A DNA stretch of 64,000 nt, taken from assembly GCA_903857795.1 (NCBI GenBank), contig CAIOGM010000129.1, forward strand, positions 3,553-67,552. The letters are read 5' to 3'. The translations under genes were made by a program, and so were the position numbers. The notes beneath the pieces were generated by a model. It had not been told where the DNA came from, searched no databases, and was given only the letters and a program-made list of their open reading frames with translations. Below are positions 34,320 to 46,418 of the stretch, in pieces; the stretch's first letter is position 1, and each line of letters opens with the position of its first letter. The stretch is from an uncultured Geobacter sp. Its GTDB lineage: Bacteria; Desulfobacterota; Desulfuromonadia; Geobacterales; CAIOGM01.

Positions 34320-34900
34320 ATGGGACCATTGGCGCTGAAACAGGAAGAGCGGTTCACCTACGGCGATTATCTGACGTGGAATGGTGACGAGCGGTGGGAA
34401 CTGATCGACGGGGTCGCGTATGATATGTCCCCGGCGCCACGGGTGGCGCACCAGCGAATTCTCATGGAGTTGGGGCGACAATTCGCCACGTGGCTCAGAG
34501 GGAAACCGTGTCAGATCTTTCCGGCCCCCTTTGATGTTCGACTCCCCGAAGCCGGCGAGAGCGACGCTCTGGTGGAGACCGTAGTGCAGCCCGACCTCAC
34601 GGTCATCTGTGACAAGAGGACGCTGGACGAGGCCGGTTACCGCGGAGCGCCCGAGCTGGTGGTGGAAATCCTCTCTCCCTCGACGGCCCAGAAGGATCTG
34701 AAAATCAAGTTCGCCCGATACGAGCGGGCCGGAGTGAAGGAGTACTGGATAGTCGAGCCGGAAGGGAAGACGGTGCAGATTTCACGCTTGGGGCGGACGG
34801 ACTGTACGGTCGCCCCCAGCTCTTCGTGCCCGGCGATATGGCGCCTGTCGGAATCTTCCCCGAGCTGGAGATCGATCTGACCGAAGTTTTTGCGGAATAA
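34320..34900 (+). pseudogene. Uma2 (DUF820) family endonuclease, frameshifted
   Basis: The N-terminal 155 codons align with the intact paralog at 43883. After the T-run at 34780-34782 the conserved C-terminus (FTLGADGLYGRPQLF...IFPELEIDLTEVFAE) continues in another frame, ending at TAA 34898-34900. Confidence 0.8.
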
Positions 34901-34973
34901 TTCACAACTGGATACGAGAGCCGAATATGGACGCCGGAAAAGGGGAACGAATTTCCAGGCAGGGAGGCCGTGG

Positions 34974-36359
34974 ATGACAGGACGAGTACGGATCAAGCGG
35001 CTTCTGGAGCAGGGGCTGGTGGGGACAGAAGTCACGGTGGCCGGGTGGGCCCGGTCGGTGCGGGGCGGCAAGGGGGTCGCCTTCATCGCCCTCAATGACG
35101 GCTCTTCCCTGAACGGCATCCAGGTCGTGGTCGATGCAGCGCTCCCCCGGTTCGAGGAGATCGCCCGGCTGGGGACCGGCAGCTCCCTCGCCGTTACCGG
35201 GATACTCACCGCTTCCCCCGCAGCCGGGCAGCGATTTGAACTGGCCGCCCTTTCGGTCACCATCTACCAGAACGCCTCTCCCGACTATCCACTCCAGAAG
35301 AAACGCCACAGCTTCGAATACCTGAGGACCATTGCCCATCTGAGGCCCCGCACCAACACCTTCGGTGCCCTATTCCGGGTTCGCTCGTTCCTGGCCCAGG
35401 CGGTGCACCGGTTCTTCGCCCAGCGGGGGTTCCTCTACGTCCAGACCCCCATCATCACCGCCAACGATTGCGAAGGGGCCGGTGAGCTCTTCCGCGTGAC
35501 CACCCTCGACCCGGTATCCCCCCCGCTTGTCAAGGGGAAGGCCGACTTCTCCGCCGACTTCTTCGGCGTCCCCACCGGGCTCACGGTGAGTGGCCAGCTG
35601 GAAGGGGAGCTCTTCGCCCTGGCCTTCTCCGACATCTACACCTTCGGCCCCACCTTCAGGGCCGAGAACTCCAACACCCCCCGCCATGCCGCCGAGTTCT
35701 GGATGATCGAGCCGGAGATGGCCTTTGCCGACCTGGCAGCCGATGCCGCTCTGGCCGAGGAGTTCCTCCGCTACCTCTGTTGCCAGCTGCTGGAGGAGTG
35801 CCCGGAAGAGCTGGAGTTCTTCAACCGCCAGGTGGATACGGGGTTGATTGAGCGGATTCGGACGGTTGCCGAGACGAAGTTTCAGCTCATGGAGTACGGC
35901 GACGCCATCAGGGAGCTGCAGAAGGCCACGGTCCCCTTCGTCTATCCGGTCGCCTGGGGAGTCGATCTCCAGACCGAGCACGAGCGGTATCTCACCGAAC
36001 AGGTGGTGAACGGCCCCCTCTTCGTGATCAACTACCCCAAGGAGATCAAGGCGTTCTATATGCGGCAGAACGACGACGGCCGCACCGTGGCGGCCATGGA
36101 TCTGCTGGTCCCGAAAGTCGGGGAGCTCATCGGCGGGAGCCAGCGAGAGGAGCGGCTGGAGCTTCTGGAGAGGCGGATGGCCGAGATGGGGATCGCAACG
36201 GAGGGGCTCTGGTGGTATCTGGACTCCCGCCGGTGGGGCTCCTGCCCCCATGCCGGTTTCGGCCTCGGTTTCGAGCGGCTCATCATCTATCTCACCGGTA
36301 TGGAGAACATCCGCGACGTCATCCCCTTCCCCCGAACCCCTCGCCACGCGGAGTTCTGA
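34974..36359 (+). CDS. asnS: asparagine--tRNA ligase
   Basis: Class IIb OB-fold N-terminus and the [24 protein letters not shown] motif. ATG 34974 is preceded by AGGGAGG. Confidence 0.9.
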   Translation: MTGRVRIKRLLEQGLVGTEVTVAGWARSVRGGKGVAFIALNDGSSLNGIQVVVDAALPRFEEIARLGTGSSLAVTGILTASPAAGQRFELAALSVTIYQNASPDYPLQKKRHSFEYLRTIAHLRPRTNTFGALFRVRSFLAQAVHRFFAQRGFLYVQTPIITANDCEGAGELFRVTTLDPVSPPLVKGKADFSADFFGVPTGLTVSGQLEGELFALAFSDIYTFGPTFRAENSNTPRHAAEFWMIEPEMAFADLAADAALAEEFLRYLCCQLLEECPEELEFFNRQVDTGLIERIRTVAETKFQLMEYGDAIRELQKATVPFVYPVAWGVDLQTEHERYLTEQVVNGPLFVINYPKEIKAFYMRQNDDGRTVAAMDLLVPKVGELIGGSQREERLELLERRMAEMGIATEGLWWYLDSRRWGSCPHAGFGLGFERLIIYLTGMENIRDVIPFPRTPRHAEF

Positions 36360-36533
36360 TCCCGAAAAGACGCTGTTTTGCTCACGCTTGGCCAGGTGAT
36401 CCCTTGACCGGAGCGGGAGCAGCCGGCCGTCTCCGTCCTTCCCTGATCCGGCCGTTTCCGCCGGTCACGGCACTCCGGCCCGAGGTCAATGATTCTATGG
36501 CGAAAATCCCCGCAGCAGCCGGCGAAATTCCTC

Positions 36534-36560
36534 TTGACAGGGGGGCTCCTTCTGTATACT
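36534..36560 (+). promoter_or_regulatory. candidate sigma70 promoter for icd
   Basis: TTGACA (36534-36539) and TATACT (36555-36560). The spacer is only 15 nt, so this is tentative. Confidence 0.35.
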
Positions 36561-36622
36561 GTATCCGCGTTTTGGCTGTTTAAAGAAGGGGATACGTTTT
36601 TTTAGCAGCACTAAATAACTAA

Positions 36623-39865
<3,243 letters not shown>

Positions 39866-39889
39866 CTTGAACAACAGAGTATGCGTACC

Positions 39890-39923
39890 GGCAAGGAAGG
39901 GCGAGGTCTGCCCTTCCTTTGCC
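39890..39923 (+). terminator. hairpin after mdh (weak terminator or attenuator)
   Basis: GGCAAGGAAGGGC / GCCCTTCCTTTGCC stem with no clear T-run. Confidence 0.35.
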
Positions 39924-40043
39924 GTGTCATGGGACATTCCGGAAAGAGCAGACGTTTCGCGCTTGCTTCCCTGCGACGCCTGTGCTATGAAAGAAAAGTT
40001 TTTCGCCTGAAACGGCGTTATTTCCTTAAAGGAGACAAGGTAG

Positions 40044-40238
40044 ATGGAAAACAAGCTTCCGACCATCGAGATCACCGAGCGGTACTGCAAGGGGTGCCAC
40101 ATCTGCGTGGAGTTCTGTCCCAAACAGGTACTGGAGATGAAAGGGTTCGTCGTTTCGGTAAAGAACCTCGAAGCCTGTATCAAGTGCATGCAGTGCGAGC
40201 TTCGCTGTCCAGACTTCGCCATCAAGGTTATTCCGTAA
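40044..40238 (+). CDS. korD: 2-oxoglutarate:ferredoxin oxidoreductase delta subunit (2x[4Fe-4S] ferredoxin)
   Basis: 64 aa with two CxxCxxCxxxCP motifs (CKGCHICVEFCP, CIKCMQCELRCP), located upstream of korA. Confidence 0.85.
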   Translation: MENKLPTIEITERYCKGCHICVEFCPKQVLEMKGFVVSVKNLEACIKCMQCELRCPDFAIKVIP

Positions 40239-40256
40239 CCATTCATACAGGAGGTA

Positions 40257-41399
40257 GTGAACGTGGGTAAAAAAGTAGCGTTTCTGCAGGGTAATGAAGC
40301 TGCTGCGCACGGTGCGCTCTACGCCGGGTGCAACTTCTTCGCCGGTTACCCGATTACGCCATCCACCGAGGTGGCTGAAGTCTTGTCCGCGGAGCTCCCG
40401 AAGATCGGGGGTAAGTTTATCCAGATGGAAGACGAGATCGGCGCCATGGCCGCTCTTCTGGGGGGCGCCCTCGCCGGTTCCAAGGCCCTGACCTCCACCT
40501 CGGGTCCCGGCCTCTCCCTGAAACAGGAGCTCATCGGATACGGCTGTATCGCCGAGATTCCCTGTGTCATCTATAACGTCATGCGCGGCGGTCCTTCCAC
40601 CGGCATGCCTACCGGCCCGAGCCAATCGGACGTGATGTGCGCCAAGTGGGGCACCCACGGCGACCATCCGGCCATCTGCCTGGTCCCCGCCTCGGTACAG
40701 GAGACCTACGAAGAGGTCATTCGTGCGTTCAACCTCTCCGAAAAATACCGTACCCCGGTCATGGTCATGCCCGACGAGATCGTCGCCCATATGCGTGAGC
40801 GGATCGTCTTCCCCGAGAAGGGGGAGATCGAAATCATCGACCGCAAGTCCCCCACGGTTCCGCCGGAACAGTACAAGCCCTACGATACCTCCTTCGGCGA
40901 CGTTCCGCCGCTGGCATCTTTCGGCTCCGAATACCGTTTCCATGTAACCGGCCTCAACAAGATGCAGGACGGCTTCCCCACCACCAAGGCCTCCGTGGTT
41001 CAGGAAGAGGAAGAGCGACAGGTCCGGAAGGTTGAAGGAAACGCCGACGACATTGTCAAGTTTGAAGAGTACCTGCTGGATGACGCCGAAATCGTCGTCG
41101 TCGCCTTCGGTTCCACCTCCCGTTCCGCCCGCTATGCGGTGAACGAGGCGCGCAAAGAGGGGATCAAGGCGGGGATGTTCAGGCTTATCACCTACTGGCC
41201 TTTCCCGGAAAAGCAGCTCCTGGCGCTGGCCAAGCGTGGAGTAAAGGCGTTCATCACCCCGGAGATGAACCTGGGGATGACCCACGGCCTCGTCAAAGGG
41301 TGTACCGAAGGGAACGCTCCGGTTCTCGGCATCTTCCGCGTTGACGGTGAGCCGATCAATCCGGGCCAGATCCTCGACAAGATGAAGGAGGTCAAGTAA
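40257..41399 (+). CDS. korA: 2-oxoglutarate:ferredoxin oxidoreductase alpha subunit
   Basis: GTG start after AGGAGG. GNEAAAHGALYAGCNFFAGYPITPSTE N-terminus typical of 2-oxoacid:Fd oxidoreductase alpha subunits. Confidence 0.92.
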   Translation: MNVGKKVAFLQGNEAAAHGALYAGCNFFAGYPITPSTEVAEVLSAELPKIGGKFIQMEDEIGAMAALLGGALAGSKALTSTSGPGLSLKQELIGYGCIAEIPCVIYNVMRGGPSTGMPTGPSQSDVMCAKWGTHGDHPAICLVPASVQETYEEVIRAFNLSEKYRTPVMVMPDEIVAHMRERIVFPEKGEIEIIDRKSPTVPPEQYKPYDTSFGDVPPLASFGSEYRFHVTGLNKMQDGFPTTKASVVQEEEERQVRKVEGNADDIVKFEEYLLDDAEIVVVAFGSTSRSARYAVNEARKEGIKAGMFRLITYWPFPEKQLLALAKRGVKAFITPEMNLGMTHGLVKGCTEGNAPVLGIFRVDGEPINPGQILDKMKEVK

Positions 41400-41401
41400 C
41401 C

Positions 41402-42223
41402 ATGGCATTTGATTACGAAAAATATATCCGTCCCGGCAAGCTCCCCCACATTTGGTGTCCCGGCTGCGGTCACGGCATCGTCATGAAAGGGATGATCCGG
41501 GCCATGGATACACTCGGTCTGGAGAAGAACAACACGGCCATCGTCTCCGGCATCGGCTGCGCCTCCCGTCTTCCCGGCTACATCGACTGCTGCACCCTCC
41601 ATACGGCCCACGGTCGCGCCGCGGCCTTTGCCACGGGAGTCAAGATGGCCAAACCGGAGATGACGGTTATTCTGGTTGGTGGTGACGGCGATGGCACCGC
41701 CATCGGCGGCAATCACTTCATCCACGCCTGTCGCCGCAACATCGACATGACCTACATCATCATGAATAACTACATCTACGGCATGACCGGCGGGCAGTTC
41801 TCCCCCACCACGCCGCATATGCACAAGGCGTCCACCACCCCCTACGGGAACCCGGATCCCTCCTTCGATATCGCCAAGCTGGCCATCGGCGCCGGCGCCA
41901 CCTTCGTGGCCCGGGGTACCGCCTTTCACGCCAATCAGATCGACAAGCTCATCGTGGAGGCGATCCAGCACAAGGGATTCTCGGTGGTCGAGATCCTGGA
42001 TGACTGCCCCACCACCTACGGTCGCCGCAACAAGTTCAAATCGGTCATCGAGATGATGAACCGCCTGAAGGAAGTCGCCGTACCGGTGAAGGCCGCCGAG
42101 AAGATGTCTCCCGAGCAGCTTCAGGGGAAGGTCCTCACCGGTGTACTCTACAAGGAAGACAAACCGGAGTACTGCTCCGAATACCAGAAAGTCATCGAGC
42201 GCGCAGGCGGCGGCGCCCGTTAA
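41402..42223 (+). CDS. korB: 2-oxoglutarate:ferredoxin oxidoreductase beta subunit (TPP-binding)
   Basis: WCPGCGHG and GGDGDGTAIGGNH TPP-binding motifs. Confidence 0.92.
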   Translation: MAFDYEKYIRPGKLPHIWCPGCGHGIVMKGMIRAMDTLGLEKNNTAIVSGIGCASRLPGYIDCCTLHTAHGRAAAFATGVKMAKPEMTVILVGGDGDGTAIGGNHFIHACRRNIDMTYIIMNNYIYGMTGGQFSPTTPHMHKASTTPYGNPDPSFDIAKLAIGAGATFVARGTAFHANQIDKLIVEAIQHKGFSVVEILDDCPTTYGRRNKFKSVIEMMNRLKEVAVPVKAAEKMSPEQLQGKVLTGVLYKEDKPEYCSEYQKVIERAGGGAR

Positions 42224-42246
42224 CACTGCCCAAGGAGATCGAACAG

Positions 42247-42795
42247 ATGTCGAAGAGATATGAAATTCGCTTTTCCGGCGCAGGCGGGCAGGGTCTGATC
42301 CTCGCCGGCGTCATCATGGCCGAAGCAGCCTCCATTTACGAGGGGCTTCAGGCAGTCCAGTCACAGAGCTATGGCCCGGAAGCCCGGGGCGGTTCTTCCA
42401 AGTCCGAGGTCATCATCTCCGATGGCCCCATCGATTACCCCAAGGCAACCATCGTGGATGCCCTCCTGGCGTTGACCCAGGAAGCAGCCGACAAGTACTC
42501 GGTAGATTTAAAGGAGGGTGGGGTGCTCCTCATCGACTCCGAACTGGTCACCAAACAGCCCAAGGGGAACTTCAAGGTCGTCTCCTTCCCCATCACCAGC
42601 ACCGCCAAGAACGAAGTTGGGCGCGAAATCGTGACCAACATCGTGGCGCTGGGGGCCATGGTGGCGCTCACCGGGATGATAACCCGGGAGAACGCCGAGA
42701 AGGCGGTCCTTGCCCGCGTTCCCGAGGCGTTCCTGGAGTTGAACAAGAAGGCGTTCAACATCGGGTATGAGAAGGCGCTGGCGGCACTGGCGTAA
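42247..42795 (+). CDS. korC: 2-oxoglutarate:ferredoxin oxidoreductase gamma subunit
   Basis: IRFSGAGGQGLILAG N-terminus and QSYGPEARGG motif. Confidence 0.9.
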   Translation: MSKRYEIRFSGAGGQGLILAGVIMAEAASIYEGLQAVQSQSYGPEARGGSSKSEVIISDGPIDYPKATIVDALLALTQEAADKYSVDLKEGGVLLIDSELVTKQPKGNFKVVSFPITSTAKNEVGREIVTNIVALGAMVALTGMITRENAEKAVLARVPEAFLELNKKAFNIGYEKALAALA

Positions 42796-42819
42796 TTTAG
42801 TAACTGATTGCAATGAAAG

Positions 42820-42857
42820 AAAGGCCCGACGTAAAAGCGTTCGGGCTTTTCTTGTTT
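42820..42857 (+). terminator. Rho-independent terminator after korC
   Basis: GGCCCGA / TCGGGCC-type stem followed by TTTTCTTGTTTG. Confidence 0.65.
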
Positions 42858-43031
42858 GCTGTCGGGTATGAGAAGGCGCTGGCGGTATGGGGGGTACGAC
42901 GGCCTTCACTACCCGGAGCGGCTACGGCTACACCACGGTGAAGGGGAAACTGACCATAGGGAAGGGGAGTCTGCTGGTGGACCGGATTGTGATCAGGTAG
43001 AGATAAAGGTTGACGTTGAGAAAGGCGTTAC

Positions 43032-43076
43032 GTGAGGAGAGAGGCGCCCCCGGCTGAAGCTGTCCGCTCGGGGGCG
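43032..43076. repeat. 45-nt direct repeat, left copy (contains a GC hairpin)
   Basis: GTGAGGAGAGAGGCGCCCCCGGCTGAAGCTGTCCGCTCGGGGGCG. 41 of 45 nt are identical to 43768-43812. Confidence 0.85.
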
Positions 43077-43127
43077 CTGATCGACGGGGGTCCTTACACG
43101 AGGTATCGGCTCAGACCACCGTACTCT

Positions 43128-43442
43128 TCAGAAGCCGGTGAAGAGGAGGTCGAGAGCCGCCATGAACTCGCCTCGATGTTCCTTGAGGGTGCAGACTCTT
43201 TCCCCAAGGTTACTGAGTTTAATCCCGGCCAGTTCGGCGGTTGAGAGTGTAACGGTGGTTTGCTCTATGGTGAATTGGGGATTCAGTTGTTTTGCAGTCT
43301 TGCTCATGGAACAGATGGTATAGAGAGGGATAACGACGCGCGTGGTCAAGCTGCACAGGAGGTCGGCCTGTACGTCGAGTAGATAAGGGACAGCTTCTCT
43401 TGTCTCAGGATTTGAATTGGTATAAACGTCGAACTGCGCCAT
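43128..43442 (-). CDS. ccdB: CcdB-family toxin (gyrase poison type)
   Basis: 104 aa. MAQFDVY..N....PYLLDVQADLL and RV.IPL match the CcdB pattern. 1-nt overlap with the upstream antitoxin gene. Confidence 0.85.
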   Translation of the reverse strand: MAQFDVYTNSNPETREAVPYLLDVQADLLCSLTTRVVIPLYTICSMSKTAKQLNPQFTIEQTTVTLSTAELAGIKLSNLGERVCTLKEHRGEFMAALDLLFTGF

Positions 43443-43690
43443 CAGAATTGCCTCAGGCCGTCACTGAAAACCCCTCGCGCTTCAATCCGGTTGTTATACT
43501 CATCCACCGCCCCTTGATTATCGGTCCGCCAGCTTTTCCGTTTCTCTTCCAGCAGGATTTCGGTAAGACGTTGCTCTAATGCCTGTGAGAGATTGATATG
43601 CAGCTCTTTTGCCTGTTGGAGGAGGTCGCTGTTGATACTCAAATTCGCCGGTTTTCTGGGTGCTGTTGCGTCGAATAAATTCAGCTGCAT
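43442..43690 (-). CDS. ccdA: CcdA-family antitoxin
   Basis: 82 aa. NLSINSDLLQQAKELHINLSQALEQRL ... W...N..A...YN...E..G.F matches the CcdA pattern. Confidence 0.85.
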   Translation of the reverse strand: MQLNLFDATAPRKPANLSINSDLLQQAKELHINLSQALEQRLTEILLEEKRKSWRTDNQGAVDEYNNRIEARGVFSDGLRQF

Positions 43691-43767
43691 GGCGTACTCC
43701 TTTATGCAGATGTCTCATGCGCATAAGATATGCCGGGAAGGGTGATGATGCAAGAATTTTCTGGGGG

Positions 43768-43812
43768 GTGAAGCGAGAGGCGCCCCCGGCGGAAGCTGTC
43801 CGTTCGGGGGCG
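43768..43812. repeat. 45-nt direct repeat, right copy
   Basis: GTGAAGCGAGAGGCGCCCCCGGCGGAAGCTGTCCGTTCGGGGGCG, followed by TTCATTTTT. Confidence 0.85.
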
Positions 43813-43882
43813 TTCATTTTTGAGGACGCCATATTCCGAAGTCTGTTATAATCCGTCGCCATTAGAGACAAAGGAGGCTGCC

Positions 43883-44467
43883 ATGGGACCACTGGCGCGC
43901 AAACTGGATGAACGCTTCACCTACGGCGATTATCTTCTGTGGGATGACGACCAGCGGTGGGAGTTGATCGATGGGGTTCCTTTTGCCATGTCTCCGGCGC
44001 CGCGGTTGCGACATCAGCGCGTGCTCGTTGAATTATCACGGCAGATTGCCAATTATCTGCTGGACAAACCGTGCCAGCTCTTTGTGGCTCCCTTCGATGT
44101 TCGTCTTCCCGAAGCCGATGAGAATGATGATCAGGTAGAAACGGTGGTACAGCCCGATCTGTCGGTTATCTGCGATTCGGCCAAACTTGATGACGCCGGT
44201 TGTCGGGGCGCTCCCGACCTGATCATGGAGATCCTCTCTCCGGGGACGGCGCATATAGATCTGCAGATAAAACTTGATCGTTACGAGCGGGCCGGTGTTC
44301 GTGAATACTGGATCGTGGACCCACTGGAAAAGACGGTGCTGCTTTTTACCAGGGCGGCCGACAGGCGCTATGGACGTCCGGAGATTTATGGCGATGATGA
44401 TCCGGTGAAGGTTCGAATTTTTCCTGACCTGGAGGTTGCCCTTACTTCGGTTTTCATGGAACGGTAG
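43883..44467 (+). CDS. Uma2 (DUF820) family endonuclease
   Basis: ATG preceded by AAGGAGG. Motifs WELIDGV, SPAP..H, QPDL.VIC, APDLIMEILSP and YERAGVREYWIVDP. Confidence 0.85.
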   Translation: MGPLARKLDERFTYGDYLLWDDDQRWELIDGVPFAMSPAPRLRHQRVLVELSRQIANYLLDKPCQLFVAPFDVRLPEADENDDQVETVVQPDLSVICDSAKLDDAGCRGAPDLIMEILSPGTAHIDLQIKLDRYERAGVREYWIVDPLEKTVLLFTRAADRRYGRPEIYGDDDPVKVRIFPDLEVALTSVFMER

Positions 44468-44480
44468 GGTGCAAAATTTT

Positions 44481-45470
44481 CTACTCCTCTTCTGCTCCGA
44501 AGCCGGCGGCGCGGCGCTGCCCCTCTGCCACCTGTTCCGGGGTCATCTTCCCCTGGATGGCGTTGCGTGACGTGAGGGCGTCACCGTTTCCTTGAGCCGC
44601 CGCCAGATTCCACCAGAGATAGGCCGACACGAAGTCTTGGGGCACCCCCTGTCCCTTCTCGTAGAGGCTTCCCAGGCTGTTCTGAGCCTTGTCATATCCC
44701 TGCTCCGCGGCGAGCAGCAACCATCTGGCCGCTTCCCGGTAATCCTGGGTGACCCCTTTACCCAGGAGATAGAGCGTCCCAAGATCGTACTGCGCCAGGT
44801 GATCCCCTTGCTCCGCTGCCTGGCGAAACCAGCGGGACGCCTCGGAATAACTCTGGGGAACCCCCATCCCCTGGCTGTACATGATTCCCATTGCCTGCTG
44901 GGCGGTGGCGTTATTCTGCCGTCCCGCCGCCTGCAGCCACTGCAACGCCTTGCGGTAATCCTTCTTCAGGCATTCGCCGTTGCTGTAAAGTATCCCAAGA
45001 TTTGCCTGAGCCACATCGTTCCCCTGGCGGGCCGCCAGTTCAAACCAGCGGACCGCCTCTGAGCAATCCTTCTTCAGGCACTCGCCGTCGTGGGCCATAA
45101 AGCCAAGATTGGTCTCTGCCTGGGTGGAGCCCTGCTTGGCGGCGCGCCGGTACCAGGTGACCGCCTCGGTGCACTCTTTTGGAAGCCCCCCCTCGCCATA
45201 CTGGTATTTGGCACCGAGCTCGAACTGGGCTGAGCTGTTTCCATTGACGGCGGCGCGGCGATACCATGTTACCGCCTCCTCGGAATCCTGGGGGAGCTCT
45301 TCGCCGGTGTCGTACTGGCGCCCAAGTTCGTACTGGGCCTTGGCGTCACCGGCGTCAGCACGGGCGCGCAGGGCAAAGAAGTCCGCTCCGTACGAAACCG
45401 GCGCCAGCAAGATGGAAAGAAGCAGCGGGGAGAGGATGATGCGGATTGAATTGAAGCACATGGGGTGCAT
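44481..45470 (-). CDS. secreted Sel1-repeat (TPR-like) protein
   Basis: Signal peptide followed by about 8 repeats of the A..WYRRAAEQG...AQ..LG..Y..G.GV..D type. Confidence 0.85.
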   Translation of the reverse strand: MHPMCFNSIRIILSPLLLSILLAPVSYGADFFALRARADAGDAKAQYELGRQYDTGEELPQDSEEAVTWYRRAAVNGNSSAQFELGAKYQYGEGGLPKECTEAVTWYRRAAKQGSTQAETNLGFMAHDGECLKKDCSEAVRWFELAARQGNDVAQANLGILYSNGECLKKDYRKALQWLQAAGRQNNATAQQAMGIMYSQGMGVPQSYSEASRWFRQAAEQGDHLAQYDLGTLYLLGKGVTQDYREAARWLLLAAEQGYDKAQNSLGSLYEKGQGVPQDFVSAYLWWNLAAAQGNGDALTSRNAIQGKMTPEQVAEGQRRAAGFGAEEE

Positions 45471-45513
45471 CCTTTGGCAGGTAACCTGAGAACGCCGACG
45501 TTTCTAAGTTGGG

Positions 45514-45912
45514 TCAGGTCCTGGAGATGAGCTCGACAATCGCCTGCTTCAAACTCTCCTCTTTGGTGTCATGGCTGTTCTCCGAGAGGGTCGGTCCATC
45601 GGGGAACGCGGCGTCAATGGCAAAGTAGATGTTGTCTTCAAAAATCCGCAGTTTTATGTCCAGCCTCCGGGGGAGCTGTTCCAGCCCTTTTCCCCGGCGT
45701 GTGATCCCCCAGTAGAAGACCCCCGGCAGGGTTTCGATCTTGTACCGGTGAAAGAAGAGGAATCTGCCATACCACTCCTTCCCCAAATCCTTGAGTATTT
45801 CCATTACCATGGGGTTCAGCCTGAGGTACTCGTTGCGGCACTGGATTCCGAACTCTTTTTGAAGTTTATCGGCCTCCTGTACTTGATCCTTTATATCCTT
45901 GATCCAGCTCAT
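45514..45912 (-). CDS. hypothetical protein
   Basis: 132-aa ORF with a plausible codon pattern and no motif I recognise. Confidence 0.45.
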   Translation of the reverse strand: MSWIKDIKDQVQEADKLQKEFGIQCRNEYLRLNPMVMEILKDLGKEWYGRFLFFHRYKIETLPGVFYWGITRRGKGLEQLPRRLDIKLRIFEDNIYFAIDAAFPDGPTLSENSHDTKEESLKQAIVELISRT

Positions 45913-46418
45913 GGTTACTCCTCGGGGTTAAGGTTACTTCGGTAGTGCGGTGCATCGACCTCATTAAACATCCATCTATAGAGTAATCATTCCACGGCAG
46001 ATGCGCGGTAATCTAACATATAAACAGCAGAGTCTCAACCGGTTATATCCGTTGCTCTGCCGATTATCGTGCCGGTCGAGACGGTAGGAGCTCTGAGTGT
46101 GCGCTGCTCATGGTCTGTTAAAACGGTCCGAGGAACGCTGTCATGATGCAAAAATTGCGGCGTAACGCACTCCCGGCGCGCCATCGGCCATGTTTTATGG
46201 TCTGCCTGGCCGGCTGTACCGAAGTTGTCACGGTGGTGATGAGCCCTCTACCCCTTGAAACTGCTGCCATCCGATGGTTAAAAACGTTTGGAGGCGACGG
46301 AGTGCGGCTCTTTTTAACCTTTTCGTCGCGAACACGGCGCAGGGTTTGCAGACATTGACAGATAGAGTCGCACCGCGCGGCTCTGATACCGCTGCAGCTG
46401 AGGGGGCTAGAGGTAACT

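Noticed and set aside
42886-43000. Start-less open frame ending ..GKLTIGKGSLLVDRIVIR as a functional small gene
   Set aside because: It has no start codon or RBS and looks like the C-terminal fragment of a larger repeat protein. It is kept only as part of the scar hypothesis.
43032-43812. The 45-nt repeats flanking ccdAB as integron attC sites
   Set aside because: I found no RYYYAAC / GTTRRRY core sites in the repeats, and there is no intI integrase or cassette array nearby.
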